This document shows positions 26,307-37,270 of a DNA stretch of 64,000 bases, piece by piece; within the stretch, counting starts at the first letter, position 1; each line of letters starts with the position of its first letter. The stretch lies in NCBI GenBank assembly GCA_044892525.1, contig CM097887.1, positions 105,750,397 to 105,814,396 on the forward strand. The letters run 5' to 3'. The notes below the pieces were generated by a model. It ran no database searches. It had not been told where the DNA came from and saw only the letters and a program-made list of their open reading frames with translations. The translations under genes and the position numbers were made by a program. The DNA comes from Schmidtea polychroa. Its lineage: Eukaryota.

Positions 26307-29300
26307 CATTAAAATTTTCATTCAAAATTAACTTAAAAAATTATTTCATTAAAATTTACTTAAAAAATTTTACATTGAAAATTAACTTAAAAAAAAATTT
26401 CCATTTAAATTTTCATTAAAAATTACATTTCTCAAAAAAGTTGGTGGTTATTCAATCTTTTGATAATAAATTTAAAAATCGTAGTTTAATTTACTTATTA
26501 CATTACTTATTTAAAAATTACTACTTTAATTTACTTCTTTAGCTTTAATTTAAAATTTGAACCATTTATTACTTAATTTTAAATTTTGAACCTTAATTTA
26601 CTTTTTTAAAAATTATTACTTTAATTTACCTAATTATTCTTTATTTCTTAATTTTACACCATTATTTACTTAACAACTAAATATAATCCTTATTTTCATA
26701 TTTAACCATTAATTTCATGTGGTCATCTGGTTGTAAGTGTTTGGTATCTAGTTGACAGTGCTTAGTACTTGGTAAGTTACTTGGTTGTTAGTACTTGGTT
26801 GATAATGCTTAGTATCTGGTTGATGTTGGTTGTATGTACTTGGTATCTAGTTGTTAGTAACTAGTTGTAGGTAATTAATGCTTAGTAGTTGGTAACTGGT
26901 TGTTAGTACTTGGTATCTGGTACCTAGTTGGTTGCTATCAGGTAACTAGTTGTTAGTAACTAGTTGTAGGTATCTGGTATAAGGTAACTGGTTGTAAGTA
27001 CTTGGTATCAGGTAACTGGTTGGTTGGTTGTTTTTGGTTGTTAGTAACTAATTGTAGGTATCTGGTTGTTGGCGGTTGTTAGTACTTGGTATCTGGTACC
27101 TAGTTGGTTGCTATCAGGTAACTAGTTGTTAGTAACTAGTTGTAGGTATCTGGTATAAGGTAACTGGTTGTTAGTACTTGGTATCAGGTAACTGGTTGGT
27201 TGGTTGTTTTTGGTTGTTAGTAACTAATTGTAGGTATCTGGTTGTTGGCGGTTGTTAGTACTTGGTATCTGGTACCTAGTTGGTTGCTATCAGGTAACTA
27301 GTTGTTAGTAACTAGTTGAAGGTAATTGGTTGTTAGGTGGTTGTAGCTAGTTAATGGGTAGGTGGTTGTAGGTACTTAGTAGTTGGTTAATAATGCTTAG
27401 TAACTGGTTGTTGACGGTTGAGTGCTTGGTAGCAGGTAACTGATTGTTAGTAACTAGTTGTTTAGGAGTTAGTTAGTACGTGGTATCTAGTTGTAAGTGT
27501 TTGGTATCTAGTTGACAGTGCTTAGTACTTGGTATCTTGTTGTAAGTACTTGATAGCAGGTAACTGGTTGTTAGTAACTAGTTGTAAGTAGTTGGTTGTT
27601 AGTAACTAGTTGTAAGTATTTGGTAGCAGGTAACTGGTTGTTAGTAACTAGTTGTAAGTACTAGGTAGCAGGTAACTGATTGTTAGTATCTAGTTGTAGG
27701 TACTTGGTATCAGGTAACTGGTTGTTAGTAACTAGTTGTAGGTATCTGGTTGTAAATACATGTTGGTACTAAGTTGTTGGTTTGTTGTTGAATTATTATT
27801 AAAATTTGCTTTGAAAAATATTTCATAAAAATTTCCATTAAAAATTATCTTAAAAATTTCCATTAAAAATTACCATTGAAAAATATTTCATTAAAATTTC
27901 TATTAAAAATTACTTAAAAATTATTTCATAAAAATTTTCATTAAAAAATTTCAATTCTCAAACACCTTCTATTATTTTGTAATTAAATTTTAAAATCTTA
28001 CTTTAATTTACTTATTACATTACTTTAATTTACTTATTTAAAAATTATTACTTTAATTTACTTATTTAAAATTTTTTACCATTGATTACTTAATTTAAAA
28101 ATTTGGACCATTATTTACTGTAATTTAATTTTTTAGGACCATAATTTACTGTAATTTAAAAATTTGAGCCATAATTTACTATAATTTAATTTTTAGAACC
28201 ATTATTTACTTTAATTGAAAAATTTGGACCATTATTTACTTTAATTTAAAATGTTTGACCATAATTTACTGTAATTTAATTTTTAGACCATAATTTACTG
28301 TAATTTCAATTTTTAGAACCATAATTTACTTTAATTTAAATTTTAGAACCATTATTTACTTTAATTTAAAAATTTGGACCATAATTTACTGTAATTTAAA
28401 AATTTGAGCCATAATTTACTGTAATTTAATTTTTTAGAACCATAATTTACTGTAATTTAATTTTTTAGGACCATAATTTACTGTAATTTAAAAATTTGAG
28501 CCATAATTTACTATAATTTAATTTTTAGAACCATAATTTACTTTAATTTTAAAATTTGGACCATTATTTACTTTAATTTCAATTTTTAGAACCATAATTT
28601 ACTTTAATTGAAAAATTTACCACGTTTTTTAGTGTAGACCACCTTTTTCTCAGGACCAAGGAGACCCACCTCACTATAGTCTGAAAAATCCTTGGCTTTT
28701 TTAGTGTAGACCAGCTTTTTGTATTGAAAATATCCTAAGACCTTAAATTACCATGCTTTTTTATTGTAGACCAGCTTTTTGTGTTGAAAAATTTTTTTTT
28801 TGTATTGAAAATCCTAGGACCATCGAGACCCCCCCCCCACTATAGTCTGAAAATTCTATGCTTTTTTAGTGGTAGTCGGATTTTTGTATTGAAAATCCCA
28901 GGACCATCGAGACCCCTCACTATAGTCTGATAAAAAAAAATTTGGACCTTAATTAACTTTAATTTAAAATTTAGAACCATTATTTACTTTAATTTAAATT
29001 TTTGGACCATAATTTACTTTAATTCAATTTTTAGAACCATTATTTACTGTAATTGAAAAATTTACCACGTTTTTTAGTGTAGACCACCTATTTCTCAGGA
29101 CCAAGGAGACTCACCTTAATTTAATTCGAAAAATCCTTGGCTTTTTTAGTGTAGACCACCTATTTGTATTGAAAATATCCTGAGACCTTAAATTACCATG
29201 CTTTTTTAGTGGTAGTCGGATTTTTGTATTGAAAATATCCTGAGACCTTAAATTACCACGTTTTTCTAGTGTAGACCACCTATTTCTCAGGACCAAGGAG

Positions 29301-29752
29301 ACTCACCTCACTATAGTCTGAAAAATCCTTGGCTTTTTTAGTGGTAGTCGGATTTTTGTATTGAAAAAATTTTATTTGTATTGAAAATCCCAGGACCATC
29401 GTTTTTGTATTGAAAAAAATTTTTTTGTATTGAAAATCCCAGGACCATCGTTTTTATATTGAAAAAAATTTTTTGTATTGAAAATCCCAAGACCATCGTT
29501 TTTGTATTGAAAAAATTTTTTTTGTATTGAAAATCCCAGGACCATCGTTTTTGTATAGAAAAAATTTTTTTGTATTGAAAATCCCAGGACCATCGAGACC
29601 CTCTCACTATAGTCTGATAAAAAAAAATTTGGACCAAAAATCCCTGAAAGCAAAAAAATGAGTTGGGAACAATTGCGTAATAAAAATTTGGGAACAAACC
29701 CCCCCCGGGGGGGGTAATTGTTCCCTTGGGCTACTAACTACCTACTCTACTT

Positions 29753-30833
29753 CTTGTTTTTTTAATGCTCTGCCCCTGGCTGACTTGAATCTCATTACTC
29801 AAATTACTTAAATTTATAATTTTAATTGTATTTATTAAAAAATTGAAAAGAAATAAGAAATAGAAATTGAAAGAAGTTCTTATAGTATTATAAATTTTGA
29901 GGATACCTAAATAATAATTCATAAAGAAATAAATAAAATTACCTGGGGGAAGATCGCCATGACAAACGGGACGATCTATAGAGACTCAGAAAAGAAAACG
30001 GAAGTGAAAAGAAATCAAAAAGGAGAAAGAGAAAGGAAATAAAAGTTATCAAACAGGAAAATAAAAATCAAGGTCAGTACTAATTAATTAGTAAAAAAAG
30101 GAAAAGAAATTTTGAAATCAGGGAAAAGGAAAACAACAATATCCTTATCTCGACAGCTTGCCGGTGATAATAGAATTGATGGGAGAAGGCGGTCGAACAA
30201 GAAAGGAAAAAGGGAAAAACAACTTGACAGCTGTCAGAAATAAAAATGGGACAGTCGGGGAAAGCAGGAGATGGAAAGTGGAAAACACTCGATTATCTGG
30301 AGTGCCATAAGAGAAGCGAACTATATAAGGGAAAACTGGTGAACATGAAATTAGAACAAATTGAGAGCAAATTTAGACAAATTTGGAGCGAAAAGTAGAA
30401 CGGAAACAGAACGAAGTTGAGAGCAAAACGAAACGAAATTAGACGCAAAAAGTAGAGTAAAATTAGAGACGACAGAGTAAAAAGGGGAATCAAAACAGAG
30501 TGGAAAGAGAAGTGACAAGAATCTTTTATAAAATTGAATATAAAGTAAAGGTGGAGTAAATAAATTGTGTGGTCAAAGCAAATAGAACAATCGATCAAGC
30601 TATCCTGTAATTGAGTAGTTGACGGCTAGTGATTATTGTTGTGATTACAGAAAGGGCTATTCTTCACGTAGTGTCAAAATAAGCTCTGTGTAATAAATTG
30701 GTTATAATTAATTGGTTGTAATTGAAATTTGTACTATTACGTGTAGATATTAATAAAGCTTATTGTGTTCAGGAGTGTTGAATAGCGAATTAATACACAC
30801 GCTTTGGAGCCAGATTAAAGGTTTGAATTTACA
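29753..30833 (+). mobile_element. Possible solo LTR (5' end TGTCAG at 13258) interrupted by the palindromic element
   Basis: A purine-rich 1.1-kb segment with TATATAAG (~30322) and AATAAA (~30753), ending ...TTTACA. TG...CA ends are present if joined across the insertion. The TSD is imperfect (AAAT vs AATA). Confidence 0.3.
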
Positions 30834-31075
30834 AATATTGTCACCAACTCAATAACCCAACATAATTTTAAATTGAAATTACAAATAGTTAAGTTGTACC
30901 TGCTAAAACTAACCAATTATTGTATCAAATTTTTCTTATAATTTTTAAAATTTTTATTAAATGACATTTTTTTGAAGTATTTTTGAACTATAAAATGTTG
31001 TAGATGTAAAAACATAAAAATTGAACATAAATTTTTAGTGCATATTTTACTGACAGTTAATAAATATATTATCAG

Positions 31076-31235
31076 GTTTAAAGAAGAAAATGAAAAATTA
31101 AATCACCATTTAAATATTTATCGAGAAGTGCTTAAACAAAGTGATATTCATTTGGCAAATATCAAAGAATATTACTGCAAAGAAAATGAAAGTTGGAATA
31201 AACGACTTAAAATATTACAAGAACAAGGAATTATA
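31076..31235 (+). CDS. Coiled-coil gene exon, 160 nt (FKEENEKLNHHLNIYREVLKQSDIHLANIKEYY...QGII)
   Basis: ATCAG acceptor with phase-2 start; GTTAAT donor at 31236, then a 46-bp intron. Paralogous to exon 34391-34550. Confidence 0.8.
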
Positions 31236-31281
31236 GTTAATTATTTTAATATTGTTTTAATAAATTACTATTGCATTTTAG

Positions 31282-31347
31282 AATGAAAATAAAATAAAAG
31301 AACTTTTAAATCAGCTTAGTGTTTTGGAAAGAAATAAACAAATTTTG
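31282..31347 (+). CDS. Coiled-coil gene exon (NENKIKELLNQLSVLERNKQIL)
   Basis: TTTAG acceptor, GTTAGC donor, phase 0-0; paralogous to 34597-34665. Confidence 0.75.
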
Positions 31348-32428
31348 GTTAGCGATTTTATGTTACATTATATATTAATTTTGTTCAATTTAAATTTTAT
31401 TTAAACTTCATAAATTTTAAAAGCAAAATTGAGATACTTCTTGAAAGAATTTAATTAAATTTACAAATTTTGAGTTCCATTAATAAATTTCTCTCAGCAT
31501 ATTCGAGGTTAAGTTTAAATTCAATAATTTAAGATTATTAATTTAGATTACTATTTAATTTAAAAATTGTTTCAAAAAGCTTCATTAACACTAATTTAGT
31601 AAAAAATATTTTAAAAATATAGTTTCAATCAAAAGTCTTGTTTGTTCTAAGATGTTCTATTCGAAGTCTTAAAAAATAGTAACAAAATAGTAATTACTTA
31701 TTAAAGTATAAACATTATTTTCCTCCAAATTCTTATGTAAACAATTAAATTTAGTGACTTTCACTAATTCGACCAAATTTTACTATATTTTGAAAAGGTT
31801 TACTATGTGAATATACATGGCTTGCATTATATGTCAGAGATGGGTAAGCTATAATTTTCTAAATCTCCGATTGCAATTTGAGTCAAACATGAATCTTGTT
31901 GATGTGGTGTCATTGTTTTTCACACTGAATAACAAATGGGTAAAATTTCGTAAGCTTGATGTATTTGAAATAAATTCAATATTCCTTCAATATTTACACC
32001 CAAATTAAAACCATCATCTCTCATCATAATCAATCTTGTGAGTATCTCCAGACTTGGAACATTACCAAGAAATATCCTATTTTACCCATTTTTAATGCAA
32101 TAACACGTTAATATATTCTTTTGATTTTTTCATAAAATATAACTTTGAAATTAAAAAATTTAATTAAAACACGTGAAATTACTCAGATTTAAATTTAAAT
32201 TACAATTGTGTTATACTTTTTATTGCAAAGATTTATCAACTTTTTAATTATTATTTTAGTTTGAAGAAAATGCAAAAATTGTAGGATAATCTAATTATTA
32301 AATATAAAAATTAATAAGACAAAAATATTTTGAAAATTTACAAACTAAATATTATTAATTGTCTGAAATATTTTATTAATTTCATAATAACACTCCAGTT
32401 TAATCTTTTTACTGATTTCGACATTTAG

Positions 32429-32500
32429 AAATCCGAAGAAACATATGATCAAATCATTTTTGATGAGATTATTTGTGGTGATCTCGCAGAAATTTCAAAT
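32429..32500 (+). CDS. Coiled-coil gene exon (KSEETYDQIIFDEIICGDLAEISN)
   Basis: TTTAG acceptor, GTAAAG donor, phase 0-0; a 46-bp intron follows. Confidence 0.7.
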
Positions 32501-32546
32501 GTAAAGTATTATTTAATAAAATCATAAATATTTGTATTGTTAACAG

Positions 32547-32644
32547 GATTATGAAAATAAAATTGAAAATGAGAAACAGGAATCGTTGATTTCTGAGTCT
32601 ATTCAAACTGAAAATGAAATTTCATTAAAACAAAACCTACAAAA
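32547..32644 (+). CDS. Coiled-coil gene exon, 98 nt (DYENKIENEKQESLISESIQTENEISLKQNLQK)
   Basis: AACAG acceptor, GTTCGT donor, phase 0-2; same length and phases as 11529-11626. Confidence 0.75.
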
Positions 32645-33054
32645 GTTCGTTTATAAATGTTTATGTAAATTGGTTCACTTTTATTCTGAGACAATTTATT
32701 GCATTCAAAATTAAATTAAATAATCGAATTCTTTAAGACTGCTTTTACGTAAAGTATCGTGACATCTATAGTTTATCAAGATTTTTTTATTTGGTTTTTT
32801 GTCATCACTTGTCGATTACATTGTACAAACCTAGGCCATTGTCATTTGTTTCCGGAGACTTTGGGAGCTAGTTTATGACGGTAATAGTTTAATAAATTTG
32901 TCACTGTGGTCATTCAAATTTACAATACTTTTTTTAACATGTTGACCAGCAGTGACTATTTGAATAGTTGCTTTATTAGAAGTTGTTGGAAATAATAAAC
33001 CATTCATATGAATTAAACTTTTTATATCTTGTTTTTATATTATTAACAAATAAT

Positions 33055-33826
33055 TATGGATGTACCTGTTTTCGGCTCCGGCTCCAGTAAGCCGGACTTT
33101 CGGCATTTTGTACAGCACTATAATGATCAAATAACATTTCACTGTCTAATCAGGCCTAATGATTGTGACCATGTTATATTTTGATTGCATTGAAAGATTA
33201 CGTGAAGTGGCAAATGCTTAATATCAATCAGACCAGCAAAAATATACACTCCCGTATATAAGCAGAGATACAGGAGTGCACTCACGCATTGAATGTGCTT
33301 CTGAGAATAGTCCCCGGGGTTTCCTGGATGAGCTATTGTCCTCATCATCCCATACTTCTCCTGCTCCATCCCAAGTGGAGGCAGGGCTTGCAACGTACTT
33401 TGCTGAATGTGTTCTCCCTCGAAAAGAGGACCAATTCTTGTGGTGGAATATGAATATGCACCGTTTCCCGTCGCTGTCCAATTTAGCTCACAGGTACATG
33501 GCTTCACCTTCAACGAATGTCCCCTCAGAGAGAGTTTTTAGTACCGCAGGCAACGTCATTTCAGATCATCGTTCGCGTTTACTTCCATTAAATGCAGAAA
33601 GACTCATTTTTTTAAAATTTAATTTTCATTTCCTTTATGTCTCTGTTGTTTAATAGTAATATATGTATTCTGAGTTCCTTCTACTTATACTGTAAAAAGA
33701 GCATTTGACGGAAATGCATGTTTATTTTCTAAAAAACCGGCTCCGTCACCGGCAGGTTTTGTTGGCAAAAAAATAAACCCGCTTCGGCTTTTGCTGGTTA
33801 AAAAAAACGATACCGGTACATCCCTG
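33055..33826 (+). mobile_element. Internally deleted hAT derivative (772 bp)
   Basis: TIR TATGGATGTACC vs (reverse complement) CAGGGATGTACC; exact 8-bp TSD CAAATAAT (33047-54 and 33827-34). Confidence 0.88.
33276..33653 (+). pseudogene. hAT transposase C-terminal dimerization domain remnant
   Basis: WWNMNMHRFPSLSNLAHRYMASPSTNVPSERVFSTAG matches the hATC WW..FP.L..A...P.TS..SER.FS motif; the N-terminal and most catalytic regions are absent. Confidence 0.88.
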
Positions 33827-34233
33827 CAAATAATAGCACATTTAGATAAATCTACCGCAATCGGAACGAACTTTCTGAATTACTCATTATTATTAATATT
33901 ATTATTATTATTATTAGTTGCAATAGAATTACATTCGATTTATTTATTCATTTTGAGTTTGCAAATATAATATGCCAATTATAAATTATATATTTCATAA
34001 CATAATACTTTCAAATAAATTTTCTGAGACTTAAATTTCAATGCTCTGCTTAACTTTCAAAATAAAATTCATACTTTACAAACATTCATTTCATACCAAT
34101 CATTTTAAAATTAAAATATTAAAATTTATAAATGAACAGTTTTCTCAAACATATATGTATGTAAAATCATTAAAATTAAAATTAAAACAAACAAATTTAA
34201 ATAACATATTTAAATTTTAAAATTTTGATTCGT

Positions 34234-34374
34234 NNNNNNNNNNNNNNNNNNNNNNNNNNNNNNNNNNNNNNNNNNNNNNNNNNNNNNNNNNNNNNNNNNN
34301 NNNNNNNNNNNNNNNNNNNNNNNNNNNNNNNNNNNNNNNNNNNNNNNNNNNNNNNNNNNNNNNNNNNNNNNNNN
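34234..34374. other. Assembly gap (further gaps at 37626-37769, 48516-48653, 49060-49192)
   Basis: Runs of N, 133-144 nt each. Confidence 0.99.
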
Positions 34375-34390
34375 TTATGTTTGATTTTAG

Positions 34391-34550
34391 GTGCATATTA
34401 GAAAATAATAATTTAAAAGCAGAGTTAAAAGTTTTCCGAGAGGTTCTGGAACAAACTGATATTCATTTTTCAAATATTCAACAGATCTATGTTTATGAAG
34501 AGTCAAATTTGAAAGACAAAATACAATCATTAAATGAAAAAGAGAAAGAA
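34391..34550 (+). CDS. Coiled-coil gene exon, 160 nt (CILENNNLKAELKVFREVLEQTDIHFSNIQQIY...EKEKE)
   Basis: TTTTAG acceptor, phase 2; GTAAAG donor; REVL.Q.DIH..NI motif shared with 31076-31235. Confidence 0.8.
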
Positions 34551-34596
34551 GTAAAGAATTTCAATTTTCAAATTTTCAATTGATAATTTCTCATAG

Positions 34597-34665
34597 TATC
34601 TAGACAAGTTCAATTGCCTTATAAATAAATTGGATACTTTGGAACGGGAAAAGGCAGAACATTTA
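34597..34665 (+). CDS. Coiled-coil gene exon (YLDKFNCLINKLDTLEREKAEHL)
   Basis: CATAG acceptor after a 46-bp intron, GTAAAT donor, phase 0-0. Confidence 0.72.
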
Positions 34666-35723
34666 GTAAATTAATTTGATTTGTATATTTCTAAATATTG
34701 CTAGTAACTTATCTCACGAAACACTAAAAATTTCACATAAAAAATGATAGAAAATAATTTCTCTAAAATTTAAATAAATTAAAAATTATTGGTTTATTTT
34801 ATTTTAGTTTTTTTTCCGTATTTAATTTGATATTTTTCTCAATCTCGTTATTAGGTAGACAATATCAATAAATTTGTTTTCTAACTAGAAAAGAGATTTT
34901 AAATAAATCGAAAATATTCAATTAATGATGAAAAAATAAAGATTTTGTTGATATAATTAAATTATTTAAAAATGAGATATAATTATAATAAATAAATAAA
35001 ATTCTATTTTTTATATATTGATTTTTACCTATCCTTTGAGAAAAATATAGAAAATACCAAAAATATAATGGCAACTATTTAAAAAATTAGATATGCTAAA
35101 AGGTTGAATTGAGTGTCAGGATTGTGCAGCAAAAATCACATCACAGGTAAAAATCCTGATCGCAAAAAATGTGGACGAAATTAGGCCTCTGATAGAAAAT
35201 CTAAATTAAAGCTGCCATACCTTATAAAATTATTCCAACTACTTAAATTAGGCTGATGAATCTTTCGTTTTGAATTTGAAGACTATTTGAAGACCACCTT
35301 TATATAAGATTTTCATGATAGAAGCTTATCTCTGATACCCTTCTATAATATGTTTACATTTTACATACATTTATATTTATACATATAATTTTAAATTATT
35401 ATTTACATTTATACTTATTATAAGAACTTTTTTTTCCAATTTCACCACTGATTATTATTTATTAATATTTATACATATATACTTTGTTCAATTTTCACCT
35501 TTGATTTATTTATTAGAAATTTTTTGATTATCAATCAGTAAAGATGTTGATGTTTTTTTGATATTCACGAATTTTCGGAACTGCCTTTTTCAACAAAAAT
35601 CAACGCTCGAATAATAAAATAAGTCAGCTTATTTAAAAATTAAATGCATTGGTAATTCAGTTTTTTAATCGCTGTTAATAAACTATACAAAATCTATATT
35701 TATAATTTTATGAGTCATACGAC

Positions 35724-36082
35724 CAGTGACGTAGCTAGAGTACTTGGCGCCCTGGGCTTACTATAAAAATTTTTTTGTGATATTAAAATAGACATATGTA
35801 AAAACGCCAAATATAAAATGCATATTAATAAATTCTAAAATAATATTTTAAAAAAATATAAAATAATAAAAATATAAAATATAAAAATATAACAAAACTA
35901 GAAAAAAACTGGAAAACAGAAAAATAAAATCCCTTTTTCATCGTTTATTTTAAAAAATTTTCAATGCTTGGCTATATTTATATATTTTATATATATTGCG
36001 TTCAATCCGGCGCCCGGGGCAACTGTCACCCCTCTCCCCCCCCCCCTCGCCCCCCCCTCGCCCCCCCCTCGCTACGCCACTG
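35724..36082. mobile_element. hAT-type MITE, 359 bp
   Basis: TIR CAGTGACGTAGC / (reverse complement) CAGTGGCGTAGC; exact 8-bp TSD CATACGAC. Confidence 0.9.
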
Positions 36083-36274
36083 CATACGACCGTCACGGAT
36101 GATGGGCTTAATTTACTAGTCTTTCGTTAATTGGTATTTTATTTCAAAATTATTTTAGTTATGTCAACATTTTCTAAATCTTTATAAATATTTTAATTTT
36201 AAAAACTAACATTTAAAAAATTTTCATTAGTCATGATTTTTATTCCAATTTATAAATCAATTAAATTATTTTAG

Positions 36275-36367
36275 GTGAAATCTAAAACCAACACTGCCGT
36301 TTTCGAGTCGTTATCATTTGATTTTAGGAAAAAGAGGAAACGTAGACATCGTAAAAGTGAAAATAGA
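36275..36367 (+). CDS. Probable coiled-coil gene exon with basic cluster (VKSKTNTAVFESLSFDFRKKRKRRHRKSENR)
   Basis: TTTTAG acceptor, GTGAGT donor, phase 0-0, compatible with the preceding exon. Confidence 0.65.
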
Positions 36368-36773
36368 GTGAGTAGTAAATTTATTAATGGTTTTAATTTC
36401 CAACTTTACAAACTCTACAAATCTTTTTGTATTATCAAATTTATTAAGATTTTATTTAATATTTGATTAATTACTTAAAATTATCATTTATTGGTCCTTT
36501 AAAAAGGAAGTTATATATCAAGTGATAATAGTAGGAACTGTTTTATAATGATTTCTTGCAAATAAGATAAATATTAGCTTCAAGAAATCGAATTAACTAG
36601 TCATCGAAGTTTCAGGAGGTGAGAATAGTGAAAAGTTGGAGTTGGAACAAATATGCTATTTTGCGATCCAATTTGACCAAAACGATGAATAAAAAGTGTG
36701 AATTATTTTTTTTGTAAAAGAACAAAATGATCTAGTGGGAATTACAATATTTTTTAGTCGAAGAATTCACTTG

Positions 36774-37270
36774 TCATTCGAGAAACATCTGTTGTGTGCA
36801 TTGAGGCATTGCACTTGTTGATTTGCAAAAGTTCATTACGACACCTTTGTCTGCAAATTCATTGAGAATTATACCTTTTTGATTCCACAAAGTGGAAAGC
36901 AGCCTCGCTTGTCCATGGCTTGACCTGTTTCTTATCAAGGAGTTTCCACTCTGGTGACTCACGCTTGGCTTCAGACAAACACATGCTGAATTTCGGGTTT
37001 CACCATCAGTTATTAAATTTGCAAGAAAATGCTCACTCTGTTGCTACCACCGGCTCGGATTACTCTTGTAGCTCTCCAATAGTCTTTCCATTAATTCACT
37101 AGATAATAATTGAGGGAAGAATCTGAACAACGTCTTTAATCTAGCATTGACATTGCTAACACTGATATTAGGGTGAGTCGACAGCATTTCCGTGGTTTCC
37201 ACGATTTTCTTAGATTAATTTCTGTAATTTTTCATCAATAAACGGAAAAAACTTTTGGTGACTGGCCTTA
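36774..37270 (-). pseudogene. Decayed mariner transposase fragment
   Basis: Minus-strand translation gives FLANLITDGET (cf. F..RIVTGDETW), SEAKRESPEWK in a shifted frame (cf. PETKRQS.EW) and LWNQKGIILNEF (cf. FWD.KGI..I.F). A TIR-like end lies near 37245-37270. Confidence 0.72.

Larger units (their letters stand above)
13286..29746. mobile_element. 16.5-kb non-coding, almost entirely palindromic (fold-back) element with Polinton/Maverick-type termini and 6-bp TSD
   Basis: The left arm (13286-~21165) is the reverse complement of the right arm (~21944-29746); mirrored ORFs 17047-17259(+) and 25874-26086(-) are identical. Termini are AGTAGGTAGTTAGTAG...CTACTAACTACCTACT. CTACTT is duplicated at 13280-13285 and 29747-29752. 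No plausible protein-coding ORF inside. The family assignment rests on termini and TSD length only. Confidence 0.85.

Noticed and set aside
31800-32090. Possible Tc1 transposase remnant on the minus strand
   Set aside because: Only vague motif resemblance, many stops and no TIRs identified.
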